64,000 nt of DNA from a virus (lineage: Duplodnaviria > Caudoviricetes): the IMG/VR virus record IMGVR_UViG_3300042508_000526, one strand, 5' to 3'. Under the pieces are notes generated by a model that had not been told where the DNA came from, did no database searches, and saw only the letters and a program-made list of their open reading frames with translations. The position numbers and the translations under genes are program-made. Positions 19,575 to 29,728 of the stretch are shown one piece after another (position 1 is the stretch's first letter; every line of letters begins with the position of its first letter).

Positions 19575-21473
19575 TTATGCTGGCGTACCGAACGACACTT
19601 CACTCGTCACGACAGCCGCATGCCAACGAAGCGTGGCGTTACTTAAACCCGTAACTGTGATAATTAAAGCCTCGTTCGTGTCATCAGCGGTCAGCGCTAC
19701 CGCAGCATTATCCATACCCGTGTCATACCAGCGCTCAGACGTGACTGTCCCCATAAGCGCAGTATTGTTTGAGTTGTCGCGCCTGATAGCGCCGCGCAGT
19801 GTCCACGCAGCCGCTTTGTTATTTGTAGAGTCGTATGCTACTACTTTAGCTTCAAACTGCAATACTGTTTGAGCGACCAGCGTTAGCCGTTCGTTTGCGA
19901 CTGTTGGGCCTAGAAAAATCTCGGCGGGCGTGCTTGAGGCCGTGGCGCCGCGATAGTTGTAAATCACGGCGCGGGCATCGCCGCGGTTGGCAAACTGGCC
20001 GGCGCCGGTTACGTGCAGACCCTGCATCGTAACACGAGCCCGTTCAGTGCCGGAGGAGCCAAGCGTAAAGCGGACAAAATTGCTCGCGACCGTGTTGCTC
20101 CACACCGAACCAATATCAACGCTTTGCGACGAGCTGCGCAGTACTATGTCGCCGTTTTGTCCGCGACATTGAATTGTCGCGCTGCCGCTTTGAAAAGTTA
20201 AATGGCCGGAAGTGTCTGTTGTAATGTACGCGTATGTGTCTCCTTGCGGGGACGCAAAATACGCGCGACCAAACGTCGAGGTCGTATTGCGAAAATACGC
20301 GTAACCGTTTACGTCAAGCACGTCGACTGGCGTAAGTGTGTTTACACCAAGCCGCCCGCCCATTACGGCCATAACGTTGTTTTGCGCCAGCGTGCGGGCA
20401 GTGGCGTCAAGGCTGACGCCAATGCTACGCTGCCCCGAAACGGCCATCGCAGCGTCGCCAATTTCGATGTTTCCAGTGCCCGCCCAGTTAACAAAAACAC
20501 TGCCATTAGAGTTTGTCGGGTTTATCGTGTTGCCGTCAAACCGCAGATTGTCGATGTTGATTTGACCGGTGACGTTCAGCGCTGACCCGTCAAACGTAAA
20601 ATTGCTACTACCAGCTAGCACGCCAGAAGAGTTGTACTGCACTTGCCCGCTAGAGCCGGCTGGAAACGCGCTGACTGTAATCGTGCCCGTCGTGCCGTCA
20701 GCCACCACAGAAATGTTCGTGCCGCCGACGAGGTCATAGCTTGTGCCGGGCGTTATCGTGCCGCTTACCTTTAAATCGCCCACTACGTCTAGAGGCGCTG
20801 TGGGCGCAGCCGTGCCGACACCCACATAACCGTCATCTCGCACAGTGAGCAAAGGCGCTAAAGACGAATTGACAACAGTAAGAGCCGTCGACGCGGAAGT
20901 TGCGCCACTGCCGAAAATGTGCAACCGGGAACTCGGTGTTCCTCCGATTCCGATACCATTTAAATAACCGTAAACAGTCAGCAAATTGTTGTAAAAAGCT
21001 GCCGAGCCAGAGTTAACAGTCAAAGCCGAGACAGTGGCATCAATAACTGAAAATGCGCCATTTACGTCGAACGAATTGTTTACCGAAGTATGCGTGTGCG
21101 CTGCCGGTGTAAACTCTGTCGGCTTGTTTGCAATTGCGTCCCACTCTGGCGTGACATCTGCTATTTCGACATAACTCGCCGCTAACGTTTTGTCGCCTGC
21201 GCCTGTGTACACCCATCTCCGCCCGTCAGTAGTTGTGACAAGCGAACCTTTTTCGATATCCGCCTGTTGGCCGACCGTTAAAGCCGCAATTCCGCCGGTA
21301 GAAAAAAGTTGATTAGATGCCGCCGACGCGTACGCTAGCGCATTCCACGCAGTTACCCCGTCGCCAAATTTGAATTTGCGGGTATCGCTTTCAAGGCACA
21401 GTTCTCCAGCCGCGAGCGTTGGATTTACCAACGCCAGATCTGCTGCCGTACCGCGTTTTAATTGAATGTCCAT
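19575..21473 (-). CDS. tail fibre with Mtd_N/hyaluronidase-N-type head
   Basis: IQLKRGTAADLALVNPTLAAGELCLESDTRKFKFGDGVTAWNALAY; internal VGIG...P...LHI/LDV fibre repeats. Confidence 0.8.
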   Translation of the reverse strand: MDIQLKRGTAADLALVNPTLAAGELCLESDTRKFKFGDGVTAWNALAYASAASNQLFSTGGIAALTVGQQADIEKGSLVTTTDGRRWVYTGAGDKTLAASYVEIADVTPEWDAIANKPTEFTPAAHTHTSVNNSFDVNGAFSVIDATVSALTVNSGSAAFYNNLLTVYGYLNGIGIGGTPSSRLHIFGSGATSASTALTVVNSSLAPLLTVRDDGYVGVGTAAPTAPLDVVGDLKVSGTITPGTSYDLVGGTNISVVADGTTGTITVSAFPAGSSGQVQYNSSGVLAGSSNFTFDGSALNVTGQINIDNLRFDGNTINPTNSNGSVFVNWAGTGNIEIGDAAMAVSGQRSIGVSLDATARTLAQNNVMAVMGGRLGVNTLTPVDVLDVNGYAYFRNTTSTFGRAYFASPQGDTYAYITTDTSGHLTFQSGSATIQCRGQNGDIVLRSSSQSVDIGSVWSNTVASNFVRFTLGSSGTERARVTMQGLHVTGAGQFANRGDARAVIYNYRGATASSTPAEIFLGPTVANERLTLVAQTVLQFEAKVVAYDSTNNKAAAWTLRGAIRRDNSNNTALMGTVTSERWYDTGMDNAAVALTADDTNEALIITVTGLSNATLRWHAAVVTSEVSFGTPA

Positions 21474-21480
21474 AGCGTTA

Positions 21481-23781
21481 TTAATTACTAAGCTTCTTTA
21501 GCGCAAACGTACCAACGACCGTAGGATACACTGCAGTCCATGTCGTGTCAGATCCGATTTGCGTCCATGTCGTCAGATTTACGTTGTCGCCTGTGCCTAA
21601 ATTTTTATTTGTATTTGTACCGACCACGTATAACCGACCCGCGCGAATAGCGCAAGCGCTCGAATAGCCCGCCGAAGCAAAAGTCCAATCAGTGTCTGTG
21701 CCTACTTGCGTTGGCGTGCTGGTGTTAGAGGGCAACGCGCCCAGCGTGCCCGCACTTGCGCCAAACGCGTACAGCCCGCCGTTACGAATACCAACTACCA
21801 GCCCGCGACCACCGCTGATACTAGTCCAGCCAGAACCACTACCGGCTACCTGCGTGATTACGGCGTCATAAGAAATTGAATACAGCAGCCCGTTGCGAAT
21901 GCCGTAGATAGTAGCCGGATTAATAATGTCTACCGCAAGATGCGTCCAGCCGCCGCTATCGCCAGATTGAACGGGCGTCCAACGAACTGTCGCAAAGCTA
22001 AGGCCCCACAAATACAAGTCGCCGTTTCGAATGCCGGCGACCATGTATATGTGCCCCGTTACCGCCGTCCAACCGGTTAGATTTCCTACCTGCGTCGGCG
22101 TCGCCGCATTAAGTGCGCTTTCGCCGAGGCCGAGTTGCGCAAACCCGTTATCACCCCAGCTGTACAAGTACCCAGAACGAATAGCAAACTTTGCGGCGTA
22201 CGTGCCGTCTGAGGTAAGGCCGACGTACGTCCAGTCGTCTAAATAGCCGATTTGTGTCGGCGCAAATCGCCGCTGATTTTGCCCGTCGCCTAAGTTGTTC
22301 CATGTGGGCTGCCCCCACGCATACAATTTGCCGCCAGCTACGCCGATAACATAAGTATCGGCGATAGTGTTTGTTTGCGGAATTGCGAGCATTGACCAGT
22401 TATAAGAAACTGGCATGAGCGTAAACGTTGCGTATTCAGTTACAAAATTTTGCCCGGCTTGACCGTTTGTATTTTCTCCTGTGCCGTAAAGTTTGCCCGC
22501 GCGCAAAGCTAGTAAATGCGCGGCACCAGTCGTCGAGGTGGCCCCGCTAGCAGATATGGCAGTCCAATCTGCGTCTGCGCCAATTTGAGTCATAACGCGG
22601 CGGTCAACTACGTCACCAAGACCGAGTTGCCCCTGCCGGTTTGAGCCTATACCGTAAAGACGGCCCGCGGCTATTCCGACAGCGTACGCGTTACCGGCAG
22701 CAATGTGCGTCCACGTCGTCATCAGACCTATTTGAATAGGCGTAGTCGAGACGATGTTTGTGCCGTTGCTGAGCTGATAGTTAGTGTTAGAGCCCCAGCC
22801 GTACAACGATCCACCCGCAATGCCGTAACCGGTCGCATAGCCGGCGGCGACGCTCGTCCAATTAGATAGCAGACCCACGCGTGTGGGCGAGTTTACTTGA
22901 CCGGACGCGCTGCCATTTCCAAGCCGGCCGGACGTGGCTAACCCCCAAGAATAAAGTTGGCCGTTTTTAATTGCCAAAATATAGCGATCGCCAACCGACA
23001 CAGCCGACCAATCTGTGTCTGTGCCAACCTGTGTTGGCGTAGTGATTGTGGTGGTCGTCGTGCCGTCACCTTTCTGCCCGTTAGTGCCGGCACCCCACAC
23101 ATAAAGCCTGCCGCCGCGAATAGCCGCAGAGTTTGAACCGCCGGCGGCCACGTGAGTCCAGTCTGTAAAAGACCCAATCTGCACAGGCGACAGAACGTCA
23201 GTCGAGTTGGCAACACCGTTGCCGATTGTCCCGCTGACGTTATCGCCCCACGCAAAAAGCGCGCCGTTTTTAATCGCCAGCGTATGGTTTAAACCCGCAC
23301 TAACAGCTGTCCAGTCACTGTCGGTGCCCAGTCGCGTCGGGCTGTTTATTGCAGTTGTAGTGCCTTGCCCGTGGCGCCCGTCAGAGCCAGTGCCCCACGT
23401 ATAGAGCGCGCCATTAAGAATAACGCACGACCACGTGTTACCAGCCGCAATAGCCGTAAAAGTAATGCTGTCAGCAAACGTCGTAGTTTTTGAAAGTTGC
23501 GTAACTTGCGTGACACGACCATCCGCTGAAATACCGCTATTATTAGACCCGGCGTAAAACAAGTTGTTTGTAGTTTGCACTACGCCGCCGTCAATGCTGC
23601 CGACAATAGAGTCGCCCGGAATCTTTATGTGCGGCAAATTCTGATAAGGCGTAACGCCGTCTCCAATCTTTAATAGATTGGTGTCTGTCTCGTAGCAAAA
23701 TTCGCCGGCGGCTAAAACAGGATTTAACGTTTCCAAACTCGTGGAGTAGCCGCGCCGCGTTTTTATTGTTGTAGTAGCCAT
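21481..23781 (-). CDS. Mtd_N-anchored RCC1/BLIP-II repeat protein
   Basis: N-terminal KTRRG...NPVLAAGEFCYETDTNLLKIGDG; many LY.WG.N..GQLG.G....PTQ(I/V)G..TDWT.V.AG repeats. Confidence 0.85.
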   Translation of the reverse strand: MATTTIKTRRGYSTSLETLNPVLAAGEFCYETDTNLLKIGDGVTPYQNLPHIKIPGDSIVGSIDGGVVQTTNNLFYAGSNNSGISADGRVTQVTQLSKTTTFADSITFTAIAAGNTWSCVILNGALYTWGTGSDGRHGQGTTTAINSPTRLGTDSDWTAVSAGLNHTLAIKNGALFAWGDNVSGTIGNGVANSTDVLSPVQIGSFTDWTHVAAGGSNSAAIRGGRLYVWGAGTNGQKGDGTTTTTITTPTQVGTDTDWSAVSVGDRYILAIKNGQLYSWGLATSGRLGNGSASGQVNSPTRVGLLSNWTSVAAGYATGYGIAGGSLYGWGSNTNYQLSNGTNIVSTTPIQIGLMTTWTHIAAGNAYAVGIAAGRLYGIGSNRQGQLGLGDVVDRRVMTQIGADADWTAISASGATSTTGAAHLLALRAGKLYGTGENTNGQAGQNFVTEYATFTLMPVSYNWSMLAIPQTNTIADTYVIGVAGGKLYAWGQPTWNNLGDGQNQRRFAPTQIGYLDDWTYVGLTSDGTYAAKFAIRSGYLYSWGDNGFAQLGLGESALNAATPTQVGNLTGWTAVTGHIYMVAGIRNGDLYLWGLSFATVRWTPVQSGDSGGWTHLAVDIINPATIYGIRNGLLYSISYDAVITQVAGSGSGWTSISGGRGLVVGIRNGGLYAFGASAGTLGALPSNTSTPTQVGTDTDWTFASAGYSSACAIRAGRLYVVGTNTNKNLGTGDNVNLTTWTQIGSDTTWTAVYPTVVGTFALKKLSN

Positions 23782-23783
23782 AT

Positions 23784-25103
23784 TTAGTATGACGGGAAGC
23801 TGCTGAGACTAATTTGTGTTAACTGGTATCCGCCGCCAAGCTGCGTCATCATATCGTTTATAGCGATTTTTTGCTGGACAATGCTCGTGCCGCTTCCCGC
23901 GCCACCAAAGGTCCAAACACACAACAGCACCAACTGCCCGCTAAGAATTAAAAAAGCGGGGTTACCGGAATCGCCGACAACGATGTTTTCAAAAAAAGCG
24001 AAACGAGACGATGTCGTGTTTGGCGCGGAAAATGATGCGCGATTAGCTGTTATAGCACTTAACTCTGATACCAAAGCGTTTTCTTCTTGATCAAAACATA
24101 GCGCCGGGATTCGGGCCGACAACGAAATATTTGGCAACTTGGTCGCCCAATCATCCGGTAAAATTCGCGCGAAAGAAATACCGACAGGTACATCAGAATC
24201 GAGCACGCCGATTGCGATGTCGTTTGCGTAGCCGTCAGACGCGCCGACGTATAATGGGTGCTGCCTAACAGCAGTAACAGTTCTCGTAACAACGGTGTTG
24301 TCGCTCTGCACGAAGCGGATAGTAGCGCCGGCCGAAATCTGATAGTGCGCGGCAAACAAAATGTGCCGAGGACTTATAAGTGTGCCGGCACGCGTATTCG
24401 CGCCCGTACTATTCCAAGGCGACACACAGGTTAAATCCAGATCTGCGGCCCAACAATTTGTATTCCGCGTGTACGTACCAGCAGTGTGATCTTGTACAGT
24501 AAAAATTGGTTTAACTTTATTTGCAACAGCGATGCGACTGTCTACTGCCGTAGTCGCGTTTTCAGCTGTTGAGCCTGTAACCCAGCTGACAAAGGTTTGC
24601 GCCGCCGTACCATTTAAAAGAGACACAACAACAGTCTCTTCGTAAAACTCGCCAGAGCCGTCGGTCGCGTCCGCGCGCAGCACTGTTGTTAGTGCGCCTG
24701 CGCTGCTCGCCAAAACATTGTTTACAATTGTCGTGGCTGGATTTGTCGTGGACAACGTTGTTGGAACAAACACGTTGGGCACGTGCTGCCGCATAGCAAT
24801 CGCGTAGTCGTATATTAACGTGGGGCCTACGGACTCCAGCAAGTTAAGATCGCGGTCAACTTTATTGCTCGTGCTGCTTGGCGCAAACGTACGCTCAACC
24901 GGCGTAAGCGTGAAAGAAAAACGCGGAACTACGCCGCCGTCTACAATTTCAGGCGTTGTAAGGTCAGTTACAACGCCGCTATCTTTTTTTGCAAACAACT
25001 TGCCGTCAGCTGTGTTGACAGCAAGCTCGCCAGCGGCTAATTGCGCAGCCGTTGGAATAGCGCCAGAAACAGCGCTCCGCTTATGCGTGATAGTGTTCGG
25101 CAT
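23784..25103 (-). CDS. fibre-anchored trypsin-like serine protease
   Basis: N-terminal KRSAV...L..GELAVNTADGKLF anchor; GTLISPRHILFAAHY (His), NDIAIGVL (Asp), GDSGNP (Ser). Confidence 0.8.
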   Translation of the reverse strand: MPNTITHKRSAVSGAIPTAAQLAAGELAVNTADGKLFAKKDSGVVTDLTTPEIVDGGVVPRFSFTLTPVERTFAPSSTSNKVDRDLNLLESVGPTLIYDYAIAMRQHVPNVFVPTTLSTTNPATTIVNNVLASSAGALTTVLRADATDGSGEFYEETVVVSLLNGTAAQTFVSWVTGSTAENATTAVDSRIAVANKVKPIFTVQDHTAGTYTRNTNCWAADLDLTCVSPWNSTGANTRAGTLISPRHILFAAHYQISAGATIRFVQSDNTVVTRTVTAVRQHPLYVGASDGYANDIAIGVLDSDVPVGISFARILPDDWATKLPNISLSARIPALCFDQEENALVSELSAITANRASFSAPNTTSSRFAFFENIVVGDSGNPAFLILSGQLVLLCVWTFGGAGSGTSIVQQKIAINDMMTQLGGGYQLTQISLSSFPSY

Positions 25104-25127
25104 ACGGCCCCCAATAACGAAAAGCTA

Positions 25128-26513
25128 TCAGTAAGAGCCGCCATCAAGCGTAGACTCACTGCTAAGGAGCGTGCAAGAAGAAATACCTGAACCGTGATCC
25201 GGCAGCGAGTAAGTGCGGCTAGCGGTTAAAACAGCTGTATCTAGTGTTGCGCTAAAGCTGCCGGTTCCGCCGGCACGGCCACGAACAATAATAGCGTCAT
25301 TAGTAGCCGCCTGCCGAAAAGTCTGACCACTTGCGTTCGTGAACGTATTAGCGCCAGTGAACGCATTGTTAATGCTCAGACCGGCAACAGTCGTGCTGCT
25401 CGCCGGAAACGTCATCGTTGTTGAGTCGGTGCCGGCGAAGGTCAGTGTGTTATTGACCGTGATAACCTTGGACGCCGCCACTACGAGCGGGCTATCGGCC
25501 GACGTAACGCGACCATACGTGTCGACGTTTACGCGCGTATAAGCAGTGCCGGCAGTCACGCCAGATGTTGCGAGGTCAATGTCGTTGGCATTGACGACGA
25601 TGCGAGTCGCGCTGGCTGTGCCAACATTCAGCACGTTGCCAGACTGGGCTAAACCAGCGCCGGCCATGATATTGCCGGCAAAAGAAAACAGCGCAAACGT
25701 AAGCGCCGTCGAACCTAGCGTGATCGCTCCGCTATTTGACAGCACCCAGCCGCTCGCCGCGTTCGTAGTGCCTTCTTCGACGAACGTGAACATGCCCGGC
25801 GTGACTTCAGTGTTGCTGTCAGCGTCGGTGGCCCTCGTCGGGGCAGCAGCGGCGTTGACCACATAAATACCGTTCTCAGCCCCATTAGTTTGATTTTTGA
25901 TTAAAATACGGTCGCCGGTTGCCAGCGTTATACCATCTACCGTCTGGCCGGCAGTAAAAGTTCCGAGCGTTCCGGCTGCAGTAGTCGCAACGCGAACACT
26001 CGCTTTGACGTCTAACCCAGACCGCGCCGCATCGACATATGCTTTTGTGGCAGCGTCTTGCGCGCTTGTCGGATCGGCTACATTTTGAATCCGCTGATTG
26101 TTCAGCAGCGCGCCACCCGAGAGCGTTGTTGCGCCGGTGACACCAAGTGTGCCGCCAATCGTGGCGTTATTGGTAACGGCCAAACCGGTGCCAGACGCCG
26201 TCAGATCAAGCTTGCCCGCAATCGAATGCGTGCCAGTACCGGTAACGCTGAGTGTGCCGCTTACCGAGACGGTATTGCTAAACGTATACGCGCCGGCGGC
26301 AGTCTGCGTGGCGCCGCTCGCAATCGCGAGGAAGGCACCGTCACCACCGATAGCAATGGCGTTGATCGGCGAGGTTCCCGCGGTCGACTCGCCGATATAG
26401 AGAACGTTATTGACCTCGTTAAAGGCCAGCTCCGACATAACGAGACCAGACGGCGCGCCGGATAGATTACCACCAGCGTTTGTCCGGCGCTTGATTTGAA
26501 TCGTATTGGGCAT
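25128..26513 (-). CDS. tail fibre protein
   Basis: MPNTIQIKRR...ELAFNE anchor; IQNVADPTSAQDAATKAYVD and GLDVKASVRVATT...GDRILIKNQT..ENGIYV...RATDAD fibre modules. Confidence 0.8.
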   Translation of the reverse strand: MPNTIQIKRRTNAGGNLSGAPSGLVMSELAFNEVNNVLYIGESTAGTSPINAIAIGGDGAFLAIASGATQTAAGAYTFSNTVSVSGTLSVTGTGTHSIAGKLDLTASGTGLAVTNNATIGGTLGVTGATTLSGGALLNNQRIQNVADPTSAQDAATKAYVDAARSGLDVKASVRVATTAAGTLGTFTAGQTVDGITLATGDRILIKNQTNGAENGIYVVNAAAAPTRATDADSNTEVTPGMFTFVEEGTTNAASGWVLSNSGAITLGSTALTFALFSFAGNIMAGAGLAQSGNVLNVGTASATRIVVNANDIDLATSGVTAGTAYTRVNVDTYGRVTSADSPLVVAASKVITVNNTLTFAGTDSTTMTFPASSTTVAGLSINNAFTGANTFTNASGQTFRQAATNDAIIVRGRAGGTGSFSATLDTAVLTASRTYSLPDHGSGISSCTLLSSESTLDGGSY

Positions 26514-26524
26514 GAGTCACTCCG

Positions 26525-26959
26525 TTAAAAACTGCCGCCGTCTAAGGCATTTGTAGAGGGGATTCCTGACGCCAAAAGCTCAACCCAGTTACCGACTATC
26601 GTAGCTGGCGCAGCTGCAAGTATAAAGCTTTTACTTAGATCTGCGCGCACCGCCACGTCGCCTACTTCTGCGGTTAAAGCTACCATTTCAGCCTGCGAGT
26701 TTACCACAAAAGTATCATTAATCGCAATTGCGGGAATTTGCACGGCGGGGATCTTACCTGTGCCCGCTTCAAGTGTGGCAACGCCGCCAGCTATACCTTT
26801 TTCGGCTTGAGTTACAGCGTTTAGGGTAGACAACATTGCCGCAACAGTTGTACGTTTTGTAGCTAAATTATTAGGGTTATCGGCGTCTACAATTGGCAAT
26901 ATATCGGACGACGCCGGAATGGTTTTAATCGGCAGTGCAGAGATTTTTTTGTTAGACAT
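26525..26959 (-). CDS. short fibre/adaptor protein
   Basis: KKISALP...DILPIVD N-terminus shared with the collagen protein; GGVATL...GKIP..QIP module; ends LDGGSF. Confidence 0.7.
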   Translation of the reverse strand: MSNKKISALPIKTIPASSDILPIVDADNPNNLATKRTTVAAMLSTLNAVTQAEKGIAGGVATLEAGTGKIPAVQIPAIAINDTFVVNSQAEMVALTAEVGDVAVRADLSKSFILAAAPATIVGNWVELLASGIPSTNALDGGSF

Positions 26960-26970
26960 GGCGCGACCTG

Positions 26971-27276
26971 TTAATAAATGTTGTTATCCTCGTCGTCGCG
27001 CTCATAATGCGGCTTGCGCTTTTTTGCGGTTTTATTGCCGTCGAGTTCATCGGCTGCTCGCGTAAGCCATTTAGCGAGCTTCCGGGCGTCGTTCGGCGAT
27101 AGTAACGGAAGCTGGGCCCCATAAGCGTCTACGACGATACCCGATTCTGTATAGCCACCCGCGTCCCAGTCACCGGCCTGAAAACTGACCGTCGGCGTAT
27201 CGTCTGCCGGTATGCTGGCTGGGGTCGCGTTCTTAAATTCTATGTGATCGGGTTTGTTAACAACAACTGTGGCCAC
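26971..27276 (-). CDS. hypothetical protein
   Basis: GGAG SD before GTG; coupled ORF. Confidence 0.65.
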   Translation of the reverse strand: MATVVVNKPDHIEFKNATPASIPADDTPTVSFQAGDWDAGGYTESGIVVDAYGAQLPLLSPNDARKLAKWLTRAADELDGNKTAKKRKPHYERDDEDNNIY

Positions 27277-27281
27277 GTAAT

Positions 27282-27548
27282 TTACTCCTGCCGCATATCG
27301 TCAAAAATAACCGGCGTGTTTTCGCCGGCACGTAGAGCAAAAAATTTGCACGCGTAGTACTCGTTAGCGTCTTCGGTCGAAAAACCGTCGGCTAACAGTT
27401 TTTCATATATTTTGGCCCGACTGTACACGGGCACTGGATCTGCGCCGCCAACATAGCCAAGACCAACAATGGCCTCGTTCATGTTGTCAAAAAATACAGC
27501 CTCCGGATTTAAGTCCGACAGCTCGTTAATGAAGTGTTGTGGTGTCAT
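27282..27548 (-). CDS. conserved phage hypothetical protein
   Basis: FDNMNEAIVG...VPVYSRAKI...EDANEY...GENTPVIF pattern familiar from phage small proteins; ATGA overlap. Confidence 0.65.
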   Translation of the reverse strand: MTPQHFINELSDLNPEAVFFDNMNEAIVGLGYVGGADPVPVYSRAKIYEKLLADGFSTEDANEYYACKFFALRAGENTPVIFDDMRQE

Positions 27549-28045
27549 TGCAGAACTCCGTTTTGGATATCATTTAAAAACAGCACAGCAATCTCGCTGG
27601 CTCTACGGTAACCTTCACGCACGCCGCTCTGAAATTGCAGCTCCCCGGCCGGCGCACTTTTCGTCGGCAGGTCGGCAATAGTCGCGAGCGCCGCAATAAA
27701 CTTGTTACGCAATTTTCGATATTCCGCAGAATTTACTATAGCGCCGCGCTCTATGCTGTTTGTTGGCGCTACGATGTTTGACGCTAAGGGTGCAGCCGCG
27801 CATAAACGTTTAAGTGATTTTGTAATACACGTCAGCGAGTTGAAGTCTACAAAAGTCTGCGGCGTATTTGGCACGTACCGCTGCGCTAACTCATGTAAAA
27901 GTATACATAATTCACGCAACTCTTCTTTAATGCCCGCGTCCCCCGAAAGCTCAGCTTCTTTTCTCTCGGCGCGATGTTTTACGGCCTGAACAAAACCTTG
28001 ACGATTCTTTTGCCGTGCAAGCATTTCGGGCGATAGCGATATCAC
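27545..28045 (-). CDS. hypothetical protein
   Basis: Helical 166-aa ORF with 4-nt overlaps at both ends. Confidence 0.65.
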   Translation of the reverse strand: MISLSPEMLARQKNRQGFVQAVKHRAERKEAELSGDAGIKEELRELCILLHELAQRYVPNTPQTFVDFNSLTCITKSLKRLCAAAPLASNIVAPTNSIERGAIVNSAEYRKLRNKFIAALATIADLPTKSAPAGELQFQSGVREGYRRASEIAVLFLNDIQNGVLQ

Positions 28046-28665
28046 TGAGGAATCCTTTCCTGTTGGGACCGAAGACTAGAGAACAACTCGTACACCTCGC
28101 TGTGTGTCATTTCCACGGGTTGTAGCGCGTTGATCACGTGCAGACGGGCGGCGGCTAGCTCGTGCCCGGAGAAGCGCATATAGGCCGCGCGCATCCGTTT
28201 ACGGTCTTCTAGGCTGCGGCGCTCATATCGGTCTCGCGGCTGGCCGACCCGCGTGGCAGCGGTTTCAGGATCTAAATCCAACAGCACGCACAGATCCGGC
28301 GAAACATTGGACGTACCTTTAAATATCTGAAGAATCAGGTCTGGATCAACGCCATTGATCTCGCCCTGATAAACCAGCGTCGACAGCAGCCAGCGATCGC
28401 AAATAATGACTTTACCGGCAGCCTGCTGCTCCAAAATGTACGCTGCCAACTCGGCTCTAGCAGCAGAAAAAAGAAGCATCTGCGCCATAACAGAGATAGG
28501 CGCGTCGTTATGCAGCAAGATTTGACGAATAGCCGTCCCGATTTTTGTCGTCCCGGGATCGGCTACTAGTTCTACGGCAACGTTTTCTTTTTGAAGACGT
28601 TGCGCGAGCATACGAGCCTGCGTTGTTTTGCCGGCGCCGTCAATGCCCTCGAAACAAACAAACAC
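28042..28665 (-). CDS. tmk: thymidylate kinase
   Basis: FEGIDGAGKTTQ P-loop, ICDRWLLSTLVYQG, PDLCVLLDLDPE. Confidence 0.95.
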   Translation of the reverse strand: MFVCFEGIDGAGKTTQARMLAQRLQKENVAVELVADPGTTKIGTAIRQILLHNDAPISVMAQMLLFSAARAELAAYILEQQAAGKVIICDRWLLSTLVYQGEINGVDPDLILQIFKGTSNVSPDLCVLLDLDPETAATRVGQPRDRYERRSLEDRKRMRAAYMRFSGHELAAARLHVINALQPVEMTHSEVYELFSSLRSQQERIPQ

Positions 28666-28674
28666 GAAAAGCTC

Positions 28675-28989
28675 CTATACCCGGCCAGTAATAGCAACGC
28701 TTGGAGAATCACCGACGATGGGCTTACTGATTTTATTAGCCGTACCTGTGATCGGCATTTCTCCTGCAACCGACACAGCGCCCGCATCAGGCGTTAGCAG
28801 TAACAGCTCCTGCCCGTCAGCAAATCGAAGCGCGATGCCGTTTGTGGTGTGCCCGATGCCCACCAGCCCGCGGGATGATAACCACGTCGTAGCGTAATCG
28901 CAAAACGTTTTTACCGAGCCGGTTTCCATGTCAGGGTTGCCGGCGGTAAAGTCTTCAAGAATTTTGGTCAACACTTCGCTTGCGGGCAT
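28675..28989 (-). CDS. hypothetical protein
   Basis: Start moved to MPASEV; short overlap with the HD gene. Confidence 0.6.
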   Translation of the reverse strand: MPASEVLTKILEDFTAGNPDMETGSVKTFCDYATTWLSSRGLVGIGHTTNGIALRFADGQELLLLTPDAGAVSVAGEMPITGTANKISKPIVGDSPSVAITGRV

Positions 28990-29710
28990 AACGCACTTCT
29001 TTCTTCTTTTTGGGTTGAACCTTTTCTTCTTCCGCGGCTTTTGCGCGTATACCGGTTGTATTCTGCGCCACGATTTTGTCAAGTTTCGCCTTTTGTCGAC
29101 ACGCTTTTATCGCCTGACTTATGTCCGTTAATTTGTTGCGTGCGGCGTGCACATACAGCCGCAACATGTAGTAGCGGCTGGCTGCATGAATAGCAAGCAA
29201 ATCACCATCAAGCTGCGTTAGTAATTTCTTCGCGCGCGGAATGGCTGGCATGCCGTATTTGGCTATCGCCTTGAGCGTGTCTTGCGCTGTGCAGATAATA
29301 TCCGCAACCACGATGATTTGAGCGCCAACCGGACTTTGACTTAACCGCCCGCGGAACTCCATATCACGTTTAGTCTCTACAAGCCTGAAGTCGCGACTAA
29401 TGTCTGCGACCATAGCGGCAATCTGTACGGTTGCTATCTCGGCGATATTTTCAAAAGCACACGCGCGCACATTTAATACGTCGTGGAGCAGGGCGCCCTG
29501 TGCAATGGCGTCAATATGCTCTTTTGCGTCATCCGGCAAAATATCAACGCGCATGTCCTGATAAAGCTTTTGCGCGATCAGCTCAGCCTGCGCTGAAACT
29601 AGTTTTGCGTGAGTCAACAAATTTACGCCAAAGTTTGTAACCTGATCTGCGTAATGTTGCGTGGCAAACTCTAGTGTTTTTTGATATGAAAGCTCGTCTG
29701 CTTTTTTCAT
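28955..29710 (-). CDS. degenerate SpoT/Mesh1-like HD-domain protein
   Basis: GGAG SD; LEFATQHYADQ...G...LTHAKLV...GALLHDVL...MVADIS.D...IIVVADII aligns to the HD_4 pattern. Confidence 0.65.
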   Translation of the reverse strand: MKKADELSYQKTLEFATQHYADQVTNFGVNLLTHAKLVSAQAELIAQKLYQDMRVDILPDDAKEHIDAIAQGALLHDVLNVRACAFENIAEIATVQIAAMVADISRDFRLVETKRDMEFRGRLSQSPVGAQIIVVADIICTAQDTLKAIAKYGMPAIPRAKKLLTQLDGDLLAIHAASRYYMLRLYVHAARNKLTDISQAIKACRQKAKLDKIVAQNTTGIRAKAAEEEKVQPKKKKEVRYARKRSVDQNS

Positions 29711-29728
29711 GGCATCTCCATATGCCCA

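Noticed and set aside
19575-23781. Diversity-generating retroelement suggested by Mtd_N domains
   Set aside because: No reverse transcriptase and no template/variable repeat pair seen in the window; Mtd_N is only an anchor domain.
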